A stretch of 64,000 bases of DNA. Origin: an uncultured delta proteobacterium. GTDB lineage: Bacteria > Desulfobacterota > Desulfuromonadia > Desulfuromonadales > BM103. Shown here piece after piece: positions 1-8,776 of the stretch; within the stretch, counting starts at the first letter, position 1, and each line of letters begins with the position of its first letter. The notes below the pieces were generated by a model. That model made no database searches and was not told where the DNA came from. It worked only from the letters and a program-made list of their open reading frames with translations. The translations under genes were made by a program, and so were the position numbers. The stretch is from positions 242,988 to 306,987 of the forward strand of contig CAWKAV010000022.1 in the NCBI GenBank assembly GCA_963847735.1, in the 5' to 3' direction.

Positions 1-628
1 CAAAACGCACGGCAACCGGCCCTTTGGAGGCAATTTTTACAGCCATGCTGCGTGCCGTGGCAAGCAGTTCATCGGCCGCCACGACCTTGTTGGCGAGACC
101 AATGCGGTAAGCCTCCCGTGCGTCGATCATGTCGCCGGTAAAGATCAGTTCCTTGGCCCTGCCCTTGCCGACCAACCTCGAGAGGCGCAGGGTGCCGCCG
201 AACCCGGGGATGACACCAAGATTGACTTCCGGCTGACCGAAACGGGCATTCTCTGCAGCAATACGAATGTCGCAGGCCATCGCCAGTTCACAGCCGCCAC
301 CGAGGGCAAAACCATTGACGGCGGCGATGACCGGCTTGGGGAATTTTTCGATGACATTTAAAACGGTATGACCGAGCCGGGCAAAATGCACCGCCGACAC
401 CGCGTCGAGAGGCTGCATGGCGGCAATGTCGGCGCCGGCCACAAAAGCCTTGGTGCCGCTGCCGGTCAGGATCACACAGGCGACCGCCCCGTTTTGCTCG
501 AGTTCGACAAACACTGCGGCGAGCTCTTCCAGTACCTGGACGTTCAGGGCATTGAGTGCGGCGGGTCGGTTAATTGTGACCACCGCGGTACCATCGGCTA
601 TGTCAACTATCAGATTGTCATAATTCAT
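1..628 (-). CDS. enoyl-CoA hydratase (crotonase family); 3' end runs off the window
   Basis: Own translation of the minus strand from the ATG at 628-626: MNYDNLIVDIADGTAVVTINRPAALNALN..FVAGADIAAM..NGFALGGGCELAMACDIRIA..FGQPEVNLGVIPGFGGT. The frame stays open to base 1. It is absent from the ORF track because there is no stop inside the window. Confidence 0.85.
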   Translation of the reverse strand, partial: MNYDNLIVDIADGTAVVTINRPAALNALNVQVLEELAAVFVELEQNGAVACVILTGSGTKAFVAGADIAAMQPLDAVSAVHFARLGHTVLNVIEKFPKPVIAAVNGFALGGGCELAMACDIRIAAENARFGQPEVNLGVIPGFGGTLRLSRLVGKGRAKELIFTGDMIDAREAYRIGLANKVVAADELLATARSMAVKIASKGPVAVRF

Positions 629-646
629 CTCTGTCTCCTCCGTGGA

Positions 647-1496
647 TCAGTAAGCGTAAAAGCCCTGTCCGCTCTTCTTGCCCAGCCAGCCGGCCTTGAC
701 CATCTTGCGCAGCAGCGGGCAGGGACGGTACTTGCTGTCGGCAAAGCCCTCATAGAGGACTTCCATGATCGCCAGGCAGGTGTCGAGGCCGATAAAATCG
801 GCCAGGGTGAGCGGGCCCATCGGGTGGTTCATCCCCAGCTTCATGACCAGGTCAATCGCCTCCGGATCGGCCACCCCTTCGTAGACGCAGTAGATCGCTT
901 CGTTGATCATCGGCATCAGCACGCGGTTGGAAATAAAGCCCGGGATAGTCGTTGACCTCGACCGGCGTTTTGCCCATGGTTCTGGCCAGTGCCTCGACCA
1001 CGCGGTAGACCTCGTCGCTGGTCGCGATGCCGCGGATGATCTCGACCAGGGTCATGACCGGCACCGGGTTCATGAAATGCATGCCGATCACGCTCTCGGG
1101 GCGCTTGGTCACAGCAGCAATTTCAGTAATCGGCAGTGACGAGGTGTTGGTCGCCAGGATCATACCCGGGCGGGTGATTTCGTCGAGCTTGCGAAAAATT
1201 TTGGTCTTGATCTCCATCTTCTCGCTGGCCGCTTCGACCACGAAATCAACCTCGGCGGCATCCTGCAGATCGGTTGAAGGAATCAGCCGGCCAAGAATGG
1301 CCTGCTTTTCCTGCTCCGTGATCCTGCCCTTCTCGACGTTGCGGGCCAACGTCTTGTCGATGAATTCTATGCGTTTGTCAATGAACACAGCGTCGATGTC
1401 GTTAAGCACCACCGTCAGCCCGGCCTGGGCTGCGACCTGGGCAATTCCGCCACCCATCTGACCGGCTCCGATCACCATGATTTTATTGATTGCCAT
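647..1496 (-). pseudogene. hbd: 3-hydroxybutyryl-CoA dehydrogenase, split by a +1 frameshift near 939-945
   Basis: ORF 852..1496 gives MAINKIMVIGAGQMGGGIAQ (Rossmann NAD motif) through ..[11 protein letters not shown] 647..922 continues with [29 protein letters not shown]. Removing one base from GCCCGGG restores ..[18 protein letters not shown]. Confidence 0.85.
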
Positions 1497-1532
1497 TGAT
1501 CTTTTCTCCTTGGTCTTTTCTGCTAATCCCTG

Positions 1533-2711
1533 TTATTCAACGCGTTCGAACACCACCGCCACAGCCTCACCGCCACCGATACACAGGGTGGCCAGGCCGT
1601 AGCGCTCGCCACGACGGCCCATTTCATGAATCAGGGTGGTTGCCAGGCGGGCACCGCTGGCGCCGATCGGATGACCGATGGCGCACGCGCCGCCGTTGAC
1701 ATTGACCCGTTCCTCATCGAGGCCCAGATCCTTGATAGCGATCATGGTCACCAGGGCAAAAGCCTCGTTGATCTCGAACAGGCCGATATCCTCGGGCTGC
1801 AGGCCAGCGTGGGCGCAGGCTTTCTTAATCGCGCCGACCGGTGCATCCGGATAAAGGTCGGGATGCAGGCTGTGTGTTGAAAATCCGACGATTCTGGCGC
1901 GCGGCTTCAGGCCGTGTCGTTTGACCGCAGCGGCTCCGGCCAGCAGCAGAAAAGCCGCGCCGTCGTTGATGGTTGACGCATTGGCCGCCGTAATCGTGCC
2001 ATCCTTCTTGAAAGCCGGGCGCAGGCTGGTCAGCCGGTCCAGATCAACCCGGAACGGCTCTTCGTCCTCGCTGACCGTCACTTCGCCCTTGCGGGTCGAC
2101 TTGACCACCGGCACAATCTCTTCGGCGAACACGCCTCCCTTCACGGCCCGTTGTGCACGCTGGTAGGAGCGGATGGCATAAGTGTCCTGCTCTTCACGTG
2201 AAAACTCGTGTACATCAACCCGCACCTCGGCAACTTCACCCATATGGCGGCCGCTGTAAGGATCGGTCAGACCGTCATAAATCATCAGGTCGAGGGCCTG
2301 GGTATGCCCCATACGCTGGCCGTTGCGGAGCGCAGGCAGAACATAGGGCGCCAGCGACATGTTCTCCATGCCGCCGGCGATGACGATTTCAGAATCACCG
2401 AGACGAATGGCATCGGCACCGAGCATGAGGGCCTTCAGGCCGCTGCCACAGACCTTGTTGATGGTCAGGGCCGCAACCGAGTCAGGCAGTTCGGCGAAAC
2501 GCATCGCCTGGCGTGCCGGCGCTTGGCCGCCCCCCGCGGAGAGGACCTGTCCGGCAATGAACTGATCGACATCTTCACCCTTGAGTCCGCTGGCCTCGAG
2601 CAGTCGCCTGATGACCGGAGCCGCCAGGTGAGGTGCCGACACGTCGGCGAGAACTCCACCGAAACTGCCAACGGGGCTACGATAAGCTTCAATCACAAAA
2701 ACATCCTGCAT
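1533..2711 (-). CDS. acetyl-CoA C-acetyltransferase (thiolase II)
   Basis: MQDVFVIEAYRSPVGSFGG.., active-site regions NKVCGSGLKA and C-terminal GGACAIGHPIGASGAR..LCIGGGEAVA. Start moved to the internal ATG at 2711 because the longer ORF adds a non-thiolase leader. Confidence 0.9.
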   Translation of the reverse strand: MQDVFVIEAYRSPVGSFGGVLADVSAPHLAAPVIRRLLEASGLKGEDVDQFIAGQVLSAGGGQAPARQAMRFAELPDSVAALTINKVCGSGLKALMLGADAIRLGDSEIVIAGGMENMSLAPYVLPALRNGQRMGHTQALDLMIYDGLTDPYSGRHMGEVAEVRVDVHEFSREEQDTYAIRSYQRAQRAVKGGVFAEEIVPVVKSTRKGEVTVSEDEEPFRVDLDRLTSLRPAFKKDGTITAANASTINDGAAFLLLAGAAAVKRHGLKPRARIVGFSTHSLHPDLYPDAPVGAIKKACAHAGLQPEDIGLFEINEAFALVTMIAIKDLGLDEERVNVNGGACAIGHPIGASGARLATTLIHEMGRRGERYGLATLCIGGGEAVAVVFERVE

Positions 2712-2804
2712 GATCCTGTCTCCTTGCGAGAGAGTCTCTCGACCTACGTCAAGCGATGGCTGCAAACAGATTGCCATCGACTACTGACGGATTAAGGGTT
2801 CTGG

Positions 2805-3719
2805 TCAACTTGTCAGGCGGGCGGTCAAAGCCGGCAGAAACAGCTTGAGATCGGCAACCACCAAAACATCGGCAACCTCGCCAATCGGAGCATCGCGATC
2901 GGTATTAATGGCGACGACGAACTCCGACTTTTTCATGCCGGTCAGATGCTGGATCGCCCCGGAGATGCCGCAGGCGACATACAGTTTCGGCGCCACGGTC
3001 TGTCCGGTGCTGCCGACCTGGCGGGAGTGCTCGGCCCAGCCAGAATCGACCACCGGTCGACTGGCACCGTACTCACCACCAAGCGCCTTGGCCAGGGCTT
3101 CGACCATGGCAAGATTCTCCGGTTTGCCGATGCCGCGCCCGGCACTGACGATAATCTCGGCCTTGCTCAGGTCGACGTCACCCTTTTCAGCCTCTTCGTA
3201 ACCGGTGAATTCCAGCTTCGCACCAGCCTGCACGGCAAGTTTCTCGACCGTCGGCGATCCGGACGGCTCGCTGGCCAGGCTGAAGGCACCGGATTGCAGC
3301 GTAACAACGGTCAACCCGCTTTTCGCCCGGACCACACGCTGCAGCTTGGAATTGCAGGCTGGCACCACCATGGCATCATCCTGGCAGGCGATCACCTCTG
3401 AAACCTGTCCGGCCTGCAGCGCAAAGGCCAGGCGTGGCGCCAGATCCCAGCCATAGGAGGAGTGAGAGAGAACGATCAGCTGCGGGTTCTCTTTGGCGAC
3501 GACCTCGAGCAGCAACCGCAGGTGCTCTTCGGGGTTGTATTCGCCAGCTTGGGCGGCGTCTGCCAGGTAGAGACGTCCGTCGAACTTCGGCAGGGTATTT
3601 TCACTGCCGACCAGGAACATGGCTGCCTCGGCGCCAATCTTGTTGGCAAAGGCCAGGGTTTCATAACTGTTCGGCAGGAGTTTGCCTTGCCGGGATTCTG
3701 CAATGAGCAGAGCTTTCAT
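2805..3719 (-). CDS. etfA: electron transfer flavoprotein alpha subunit
   Basis: C-terminal FAD-binding signature GASRPVVDSGW..QVGSTGQTVAPKLYVACGISGAIQHLTGM. Confidence 0.9.
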   Translation of the reverse strand: MKALLIAESRQGKLLPNSYETLAFANKIGAEAAMFLVGSENTLPKFDGRLYLADAAQAGEYNPEEHLRLLLEVVAKENPQLIVLSHSSYGWDLAPRLAFALQAGQVSEVIACQDDAMVVPACNSKLQRVVRAKSGLTVVTLQSGAFSLASEPSGSPTVEKLAVQAGAKLEFTGYEEAEKGDVDLSKAEIIVSAGRGIGKPENLAMVEALAKALGGEYGASRPVVDSGWAEHSRQVGSTGQTVAPKLYVACGISGAIQHLTGMKKSEFVVAINTDRDAPIGEVADVLVVADLKLFLPALTARLTS

Positions 3720-3728
3720 GTTTGCCTC

Positions 3729-4502
3729 CTATTTCAGGACCGAAGTCTTTTCTTTGAGTATCGCCACCAGCTTTTCTGTGAGTTCGCCAATATCCCCTTC
3801 GATGATCAATCCGCCGCCCTTACGTTCCGGGAACCTGGCCGCAGAAGTCGCGACCAGAGATTCGACCTTGAGCAGGTCGGCCACCGGCAGCGACACCAGT
3901 TCCTTCTTCTTGGCTTTCATGATATTCGGCAGGGTCGGATAGCGTGGCGTATTGAGGCCAAGCTGGCAGGTCAGCAGGGCCGGGAAAGCCAACTTCACCA
4001 CCGACTTGAGACCACCCTCCAGCTCACGCCGCACGGTGGCATGGCTGCCATCATATTCGAAGCCGACGATCGTGGTCACGGCCGGCAGACCGAGCAAGCC
4101 GGCCAGCAGCAGGCCGACCTGCGCCGAGCCGCGATCCTGGGACTGCATGCCGGTAAAAACCACGTCAAAATTCTGCTCGCCGGCATAGGCGGCAATCGCC
4201 GAGGCGATCTGGAAGGGGTCCTTCTCATAGCTGGCGTCATCATGAATGTGCACGCCGCGGTCGGCACCCATGGCGAGGGCCTTTTTCATGGCCTCCTTGA
4301 CCCGATCGGGTCCTACGGAGAGGACCACGACTTCGGCGTCGCCGACCTTTTCACGTAGCTGGATGCCCTGCTCAACGGCAAATTCGTCGTACTCGTTCAT
4401 GCGCCATGCCAGATCCTGGTCACTGTACCAGGTACCAGCAGCATTAATTTTGAAGCGCGACTCCATGTCCGGAACCTGCTTGATGCAGATGAGAATTTTC
4501 AT
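3729..4502 (-). CDS. etfB: electron transfer flavoprotein beta subunit
   Basis: MKILICIKQVPD.. N-terminus typical of EtfB; immediately upstream of etfA. Confidence 0.9.
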   Translation of the reverse strand: MKILICIKQVPDMESRFKINAAGTWYSDQDLAWRMNEYDEFAVEQGIQLREKVGDAEVVVLSVGPDRVKEAMKKALAMGADRGVHIHDDASYEKDPFQIASAIAAYAGEQNFDVVFTGMQSQDRGSAQVGLLLAGLLGLPAVTTIVGFEYDGSHATVRRELEGGLKSVVKLAFPALLTCQLGLNTPRYPTLPNIMKAKKKELVSLPVADLLKVESLVATSAARFPERKGGGLIIEGDIGELTEKLVAILKEKTSVLK

Positions 4503-4555
4503 GATGGTTTTCCTCCTCTTGATCTTATTGTCTTAAAGATACTGATTGATGTGCT

Positions 4556-6547
4556 CTATATGGCCGGCAGTCTCTCCACCAGGAGTTCGGCGATATCCTT
4601 CGGTTTCAGGGTCTCTTCGAAACCGGCGCCTTTGATGCCGTCTTCGAACATGGTCATGCAAAACGGGCAGCTCGAGACCAGCAGCGGTGCACCGGTTTCG
4701 GCCGCCATTCCGGCACGGCTTTCACTGATGCGGGTACCGAGTTTCTCCTCGACCAGGATGCGGCCGCCGCCAGCACCGCAGCAGAAACTTTCCGCACGGT
4801 TCCTGGACATCTCGGTGACTGTTCCGCCGGCCAGGCCGATCAGACGGCGCGGCGCGTCGTATATATCGTTGTAGCGGCCGAGATAACAGCTGTCATGGTA
4901 GGTGCAGGCAAAGGGCTGCGTAGTGCCGAGTTTGAGCTGCCTCTCATCGAGCAGCCGGTCAAGAAACACCGTGTAGTGTTCCACCGGCACCTCGAGACCA
5001 AGGTCAGTGTAATCTTTGGCCAGGGTATTGAAACAGTGCGGGCAGGTCGTGACGATCTGCTTGATACCATAACTCTTGATCAATTCGATGTTCTCGGTAG
5101 CCAGTGTCTGGTAGAGGTATTCGTTGCCAAGCTTGCGAACCGGCTCACCGCAGCATTTCTCTTCTTTGCCGAGGATGCCGACCTTGAGGCCGGCCGCCTG
5201 GCAGAGCTTGACAAAGCTCCTGGCAATCTTGATGTTGCGTTTGTCGAAAGAGGCATAGCAACCGACGAAATAAAGCAGGTCGACGGCCGGATCATCAGCC
5301 AGGCACTTGACGCCAAACTCCTCTGCCCAATCACCGCGACCGGCGAAAGCCAAACCGAGAGGGTTACCGTTGACCTCGGTGTTGTCCACCGCCGCCAAAA
5401 CTTCCTCACCGGGGAACTCACCCTCCATCAGCACCATGTTGCGCCGCATGTCGATGAACTTGGGCACATGTTCGATCGCCGCCGGACAGATCTCCTGGCA
5501 GGCCCGACAGGTGGTGCAACTCCAGATCTCGTCCTTGCCGACCGTTTCGGGCAGGCTGGCTTCAGGGGAACTGAAAGCAATTTCCTGTAGCTGGTTGATC
5601 ATCTTCATCGGCGACAGCGGCTTGTCGGTGGCAAATGCCGGACAGCGGTCCTGGCAGCGTTTGCACAGGGTGCAGGCATCGGCATCGAAAATATCCTTCC
5701 AGGTCAGGTCACCTAAGCTGGCGACGCCGAAGCTCTCAGCTTCTTCGTCTTCCATGTCAAGCGTCACCAGCCCACCCTTCGGGCCGTGATCGGCAAAGAT
5801 GTAATTGGCACTGGTGGTCAGGATATGGCGCAACTTGGTGTAGGGCAGCAGGGCCACGAATCCGAGCGCCAGCAGCAGGTGCAGCCACCACAACCCGGCA
5901 TGCAGGGCACGCTGGCTGCTCTCGCCGAGACCGGCCATGCCCTTGGCAAACAGCAGCCCGACCGGTGACCAGAGCGACAGGTCGGTGCCGAGTTCGGTCA
6001 CCGCCATGCGCGCGCCTTCGATGACAAACCCGGTCAGCAGGATGACCATCAGCAGGCCGTGGATGAGGGCGTCTTCGCGACGGGTTTCCAGCCCGTCCGG
6101 CTTGACGAAATAGCGCCGCACAAACAGGCCAGCCAGCATGACGATCGCCACGGCACCGGCGATATCCAGTACCAGGGAGAACAGGAGATAGAAGGGACCT
6201 TTGAGGAACTTGATGCCGAACAGCAGGTCGGTAAAGTCGGCCTGCAGCACGATCAGGCAGGTGCCGATGAAGAGCAGGAAGAAGCCCCAGAAGAACAGTC
6301 CGTGAGCGGTCCCGGCACCGGCGACTCGCATCACACGCACCTGGGACAGCACCTGGCCGATTGCACCGAAAATGCGTTTTGGCAGATCATCGCTGCGATC
6401 CAACGCTTTGCCCAGTCGGTAAATCTTGATGCGCTGCCAACCACCACGGGCGAGGATGCCGAGGGCTATCAGCAGCAAGAGATACATCGGGACAAGCGTC
6501 CCGGCACCATGTCCGACGTTCCAGTAAATTTCTCGGGTAAACTCCAT
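4556..6547 (-). CDS. membrane-bound FeS oxidoreductase; by context an EtfAB:menaquinone oxidoreductase (EMO/DUF224 type)
   Basis: The N-terminal ~230 aa are multi-span hydrophobic. They are followed by two 4Fe-4S CxxCxxCxxxCP motifs (CTLCKRCQDRCP, CTTCRACQEICP) and cysteine-rich CCG-like repeats (CCGEP, CCGAGGG). Sits directly upstream of etfBA. Confidence 0.75.
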   Translation of the reverse strand: MEFTREIYWNVGHGAGTLVPMYLLLLIALGILARGGWQRIKIYRLGKALDRSDDLPKRIFGAIGQVLSQVRVMRVAGAGTAHGLFFWGFFLLFIGTCLIVLQADFTDLLFGIKFLKGPFYLLFSLVLDIAGAVAIVMLAGLFVRRYFVKPDGLETRREDALIHGLLMVILLTGFVIEGARMAVTELGTDLSLWSPVGLLFAKGMAGLGESSQRALHAGLWWLHLLLALGFVALLPYTKLRHILTTSANYIFADHGPKGGLVTLDMEDEEAESFGVASLGDLTWKDIFDADACTLCKRCQDRCPAFATDKPLSPMKMINQLQEIAFSSPEASLPETVGKDEIWSCTTCRACQEICPAAIEHVPKFIDMRRNMVLMEGEFPGEEVLAAVDNTEVNGNPLGLAFAGRGDWAEEFGVKCLADDPAVDLLYFVGCYASFDKRNIKIARSFVKLCQAAGLKVGILGKEEKCCGEPVRKLGNEYLYQTLATENIELIKSYGIKQIVTTCPHCFNTLAKDYTDLGLEVPVEHYTVFLDRLLDERQLKLGTTQPFACTYHDSCYLGRYNDIYDAPRRLIGLAGGTVTEMSRNRAESFCCGAGGGRILVEEKLGTRISESRAGMAAETGAPLLVSSCPFCMTMFEDGIKGAGFEETLKPKDIAELLVERLPAI

Positions 6548-6603
6548 AATCTGTTCCGTTCGTAGTCAGCGGGGCTCTTTATTGCCTGGTCACATAACCA
6601 TAC

Positions 6604-6620
6604 AGCAAAGAAGATACCAA
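6604..6620 (-). promoter_or_regulatory. sigma54 (-24/-12) promoter candidate for the EMO-etfBA-thiolase-hbd-crt operon
   Basis: The minus strand reads TTGGTATCTTCTTTGCT, with GG-N10-GC spacing. The -12 GC lies about 58 nt upstream of the ATG at 6547. Confidence 0.6.
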
Positions 6621-6812
6621 ACATGATTCCTATCCCTCACAGGTCGCCGCAGCTAATCACTTTTACGGGGAAACGCACAGGAGTCTCAGTATTCAGGGTT
6701 CAGGGGCAGGACAGACAGGTTGAAAAGAAACTCAAGATGCACGGGAATCCGGGCAGCAGGTGTTGCGATGGTGACACTTTATCCCGGTGTTTACAGACAA
6801 GCCAGATGCTAA

Positions 6813-7529
6813 TTACTCACCTCTGTCTTTAAGCAACTCTTCCGAGTAAAGGATTTCATAAACCTTGTAGCAGGGGATGATTGCTGCAATGCCCAGGTTG
6901 GAAAATGCTGGAGGCTCGGAACTGCTTGCAACGGCCCTGCTCTCGTGGGCCTCGGCATAGGCTCCCTGCATGATGCCGGCATTTTTAAGGACCGATGGAC
7001 TCTTCTGCCTTCTGTCGGGATTATTCTCGGCGTCGAAATAAAAATATACCGGCGAACTTCTGTTGCCGCCGATTGAACCGGTTTCAACAAGGAAAAGGTC
7101 TGCACTCTGTCCATGCCAGGCAAGATTTTCACCGGGGGCAAACGCAACTCGTCCGAATCTCATGACGTGGTATCTGTCCTCTACACAGGCTAGGAGAACC
7201 AGCATCCCGGTGAAGAACAATTCGGAGCCTTCATGGATATTCAATGCGTCGAAGTCGCCTCTCGAAGTGATCATCCTGTCGGGCAAAAACTTGAAATCGA
7301 ACATGGTCTGGTCAGGAAGGAAAGGGATGGCAGCGATGTCAACCGTAGGGTCGGTATGAAAAAATACGTTTTTTTTAGGACCATCGAACAGAAGAGGGAC
7401 TCCTGCAAAGCCGGACTTGCCATCACGGCCGTTCAAGCGGATAAATATTTTCTGCAACGGGTTTTTGGTTATTGATTCAAACAGAGCATGCCTGGAGGTG
7501 ATCATGTAGACAGCGTAACCATTGGTCAC
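6813..7529 (-). CDS. trypsin-like (S1/chymotrypsin fold) peptidase-like protein, possibly 5'-truncated and catalytically degenerate
   Basis: His-region YAVYMITSRHAL, Asp-region VDIAAIPF, and Ser-region GGNRSSPVYF where GGNSGSPV is expected. The frame stays open upstream to a TAA at 7605-7607 and encodes ..DGTAFFVGVNNP with no ATG. Confidence 0.5.
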   Translation of the reverse strand: MTNGYAVYMITSRHALFESITKNPLQKIFIRLNGRDGKSGFAGVPLLFDGPKKNVFFHTDPTVDIAAIPFLPDQTMFDFKFLPDRMITSRGDFDALNIHEGSELFFTGMLVLLACVEDRYHVMRFGRVAFAPGENLAWHGQSADLFLVETGSIGGNRSSPVYFYFDAENNPDRRQKSPSVLKNAGIMQGAYAEAHESRAVASSSEPPAFSNLGIAAIIPCYKVYEILYSEELLKDRGE

Positions 7530-7638
7530 CGGATTGTTGACACCGACAAAAAATGCGGTTCCATCCGGCAGGGGCGGCCCTTCACTGTCTGCGTAGATGC
7601 AACTTTAAAGTCCTCCACTCGAGTCGGAGACAATGGAA

Positions 7639-8776
7639 CTAGCAAACCGACGAGTCGCGGCAAATCTTCCACTCAGCAGCCACCTCCCCTACCGAAACCT
7701 CACGCAAAACACGACGCTGACCAAAAATCCCACCATCAACCGTGACTGGAAAACGTATATCAGTGGGAGAATTGTTATTGCCGGATTCCAGTAACTGACG
7801 ATCGACGACCTGAGGATGTTTCACCACTTCCTCCGGCTCGAGCAAGGGTTCGAAACAGCAGTCGGTGCTGGCCAGAAGCTCCACCCAGGCATCGCGCGAG
7901 GCTGTTAAAAATAGTGCGCGCAGTTCGTTGATCAGGGCCGCTTGCGGCATATTTTCGTGTTGCCTGACAATCCACTCCGGTCGCCCGACCGCGGTACAGA
8001 AGGCCCGCCAGAACTTGTCCTCAAGGGCACCGAGGGCCACGAATTTGCCGATCTGCGGTGCGATAGATCTGGTAACAGGCCACGCCGCCGGTTATCAGGC
8101 CGTGACCCGGTTTCATAACGCTGTCTGCCCGCCCTGCCGCCGCCTGCCCGAACGACTGCCAGGACAGGACCGTCTCGAACAGGCTGGTGTCGATGAAACA
8201 CCCTTCACCGCCCTTTTCCCGGCGCAGCAGGGCGGCCAGGATCATGCCGGCAGCGTGCTGGCCGCTGGCGTAATCCGAGACCGGCGGGAAAGGGATGACC
8301 GGGATTTCCGTGGTGCCGGTGTGATGCAGCATGCCGCTTAAGGCCATGTAGGTCAGATCGTGGCCAGCCCGCTGGCTGGCGGGGCCTTCCTGACCGAAGC
8401 CGGAGATGGCGCAGTGCACCAGGCGCGGGTTGAGCGCGCGCAGCTGGCCGGGGCCGAAGCCGAGGCGCTCCATGACGCCGGGCCGGTACGATTCGAGCAG
8501 AACATCGGCTGCTTTAACCAACTCTGTGAAGGAGGCGCGACCGCAGTCGCTTTTCAGATCGAGCTGCAACACGGTCTTGCCGGCATTGATCTGCTTGTAG
8601 AGAGGGGAGAGGCCGTCGTCATCGAGGAAGATGAAGCTGCGCATCGGATCACCGCCCGGCGGCTCAACCTTGACCACGTCGGCGCCGAGATCGGCCAGCA
8701 GTCGCGTCGCGTAGGGGCCGGGCAAATACTGGCTGAGGTCGAGGACCTTAACGCCTTGCAGGGTATCGTCAAGCAT
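7639..8776 (-). pseudogene. family III CoA-transferase (CaiB/BaiF type), split by a +1 frameshift near 8047-8053
   Basis: ORF 8021..8776 gives MLDDTLQGVKVLDLSQYLPGPYATRLLADLGADVVKVEPPGGD... ORF 7639..8040 continues with ALGALEDKFWRAFC... Deleting one base in GATCGGC restores ..YRTADGKFVALGALEDKFW. Confidence 0.85.

Noticed and set aside
368-955. Long plus-strand ORFs (368..955, 3462..4358, 15457..16500, 26292..27425, 28114..29022, 22915..23700 and many others) opposite the annotated minus-strand genes.
   Set aside because: Their translations are low-complexity and R/G/H/Q/D-rich with no recognisable motifs. The opposite strand encodes clear full-length homologs. These are typical shadow ORFs of GC-rich DNA.
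2712-2777. N-terminal extensions offered by the ORF track (thiolase to 2777, livF to 11127, methyltransferase to 23859, HAD to 46837, AOR to 46005, ihfB to 49134, ispH to 52805, cmk to 53463, HK to 61145, IclR to 31469, TPR to 36929, APH to 36971).
   Set aside because: The extensions overlap the upstream gene or lack similarity. Internal ATGs coincide with conserved N-termini, RBS-like purine tracts or ATGA stop/start overlaps, so the shorter starts were used.
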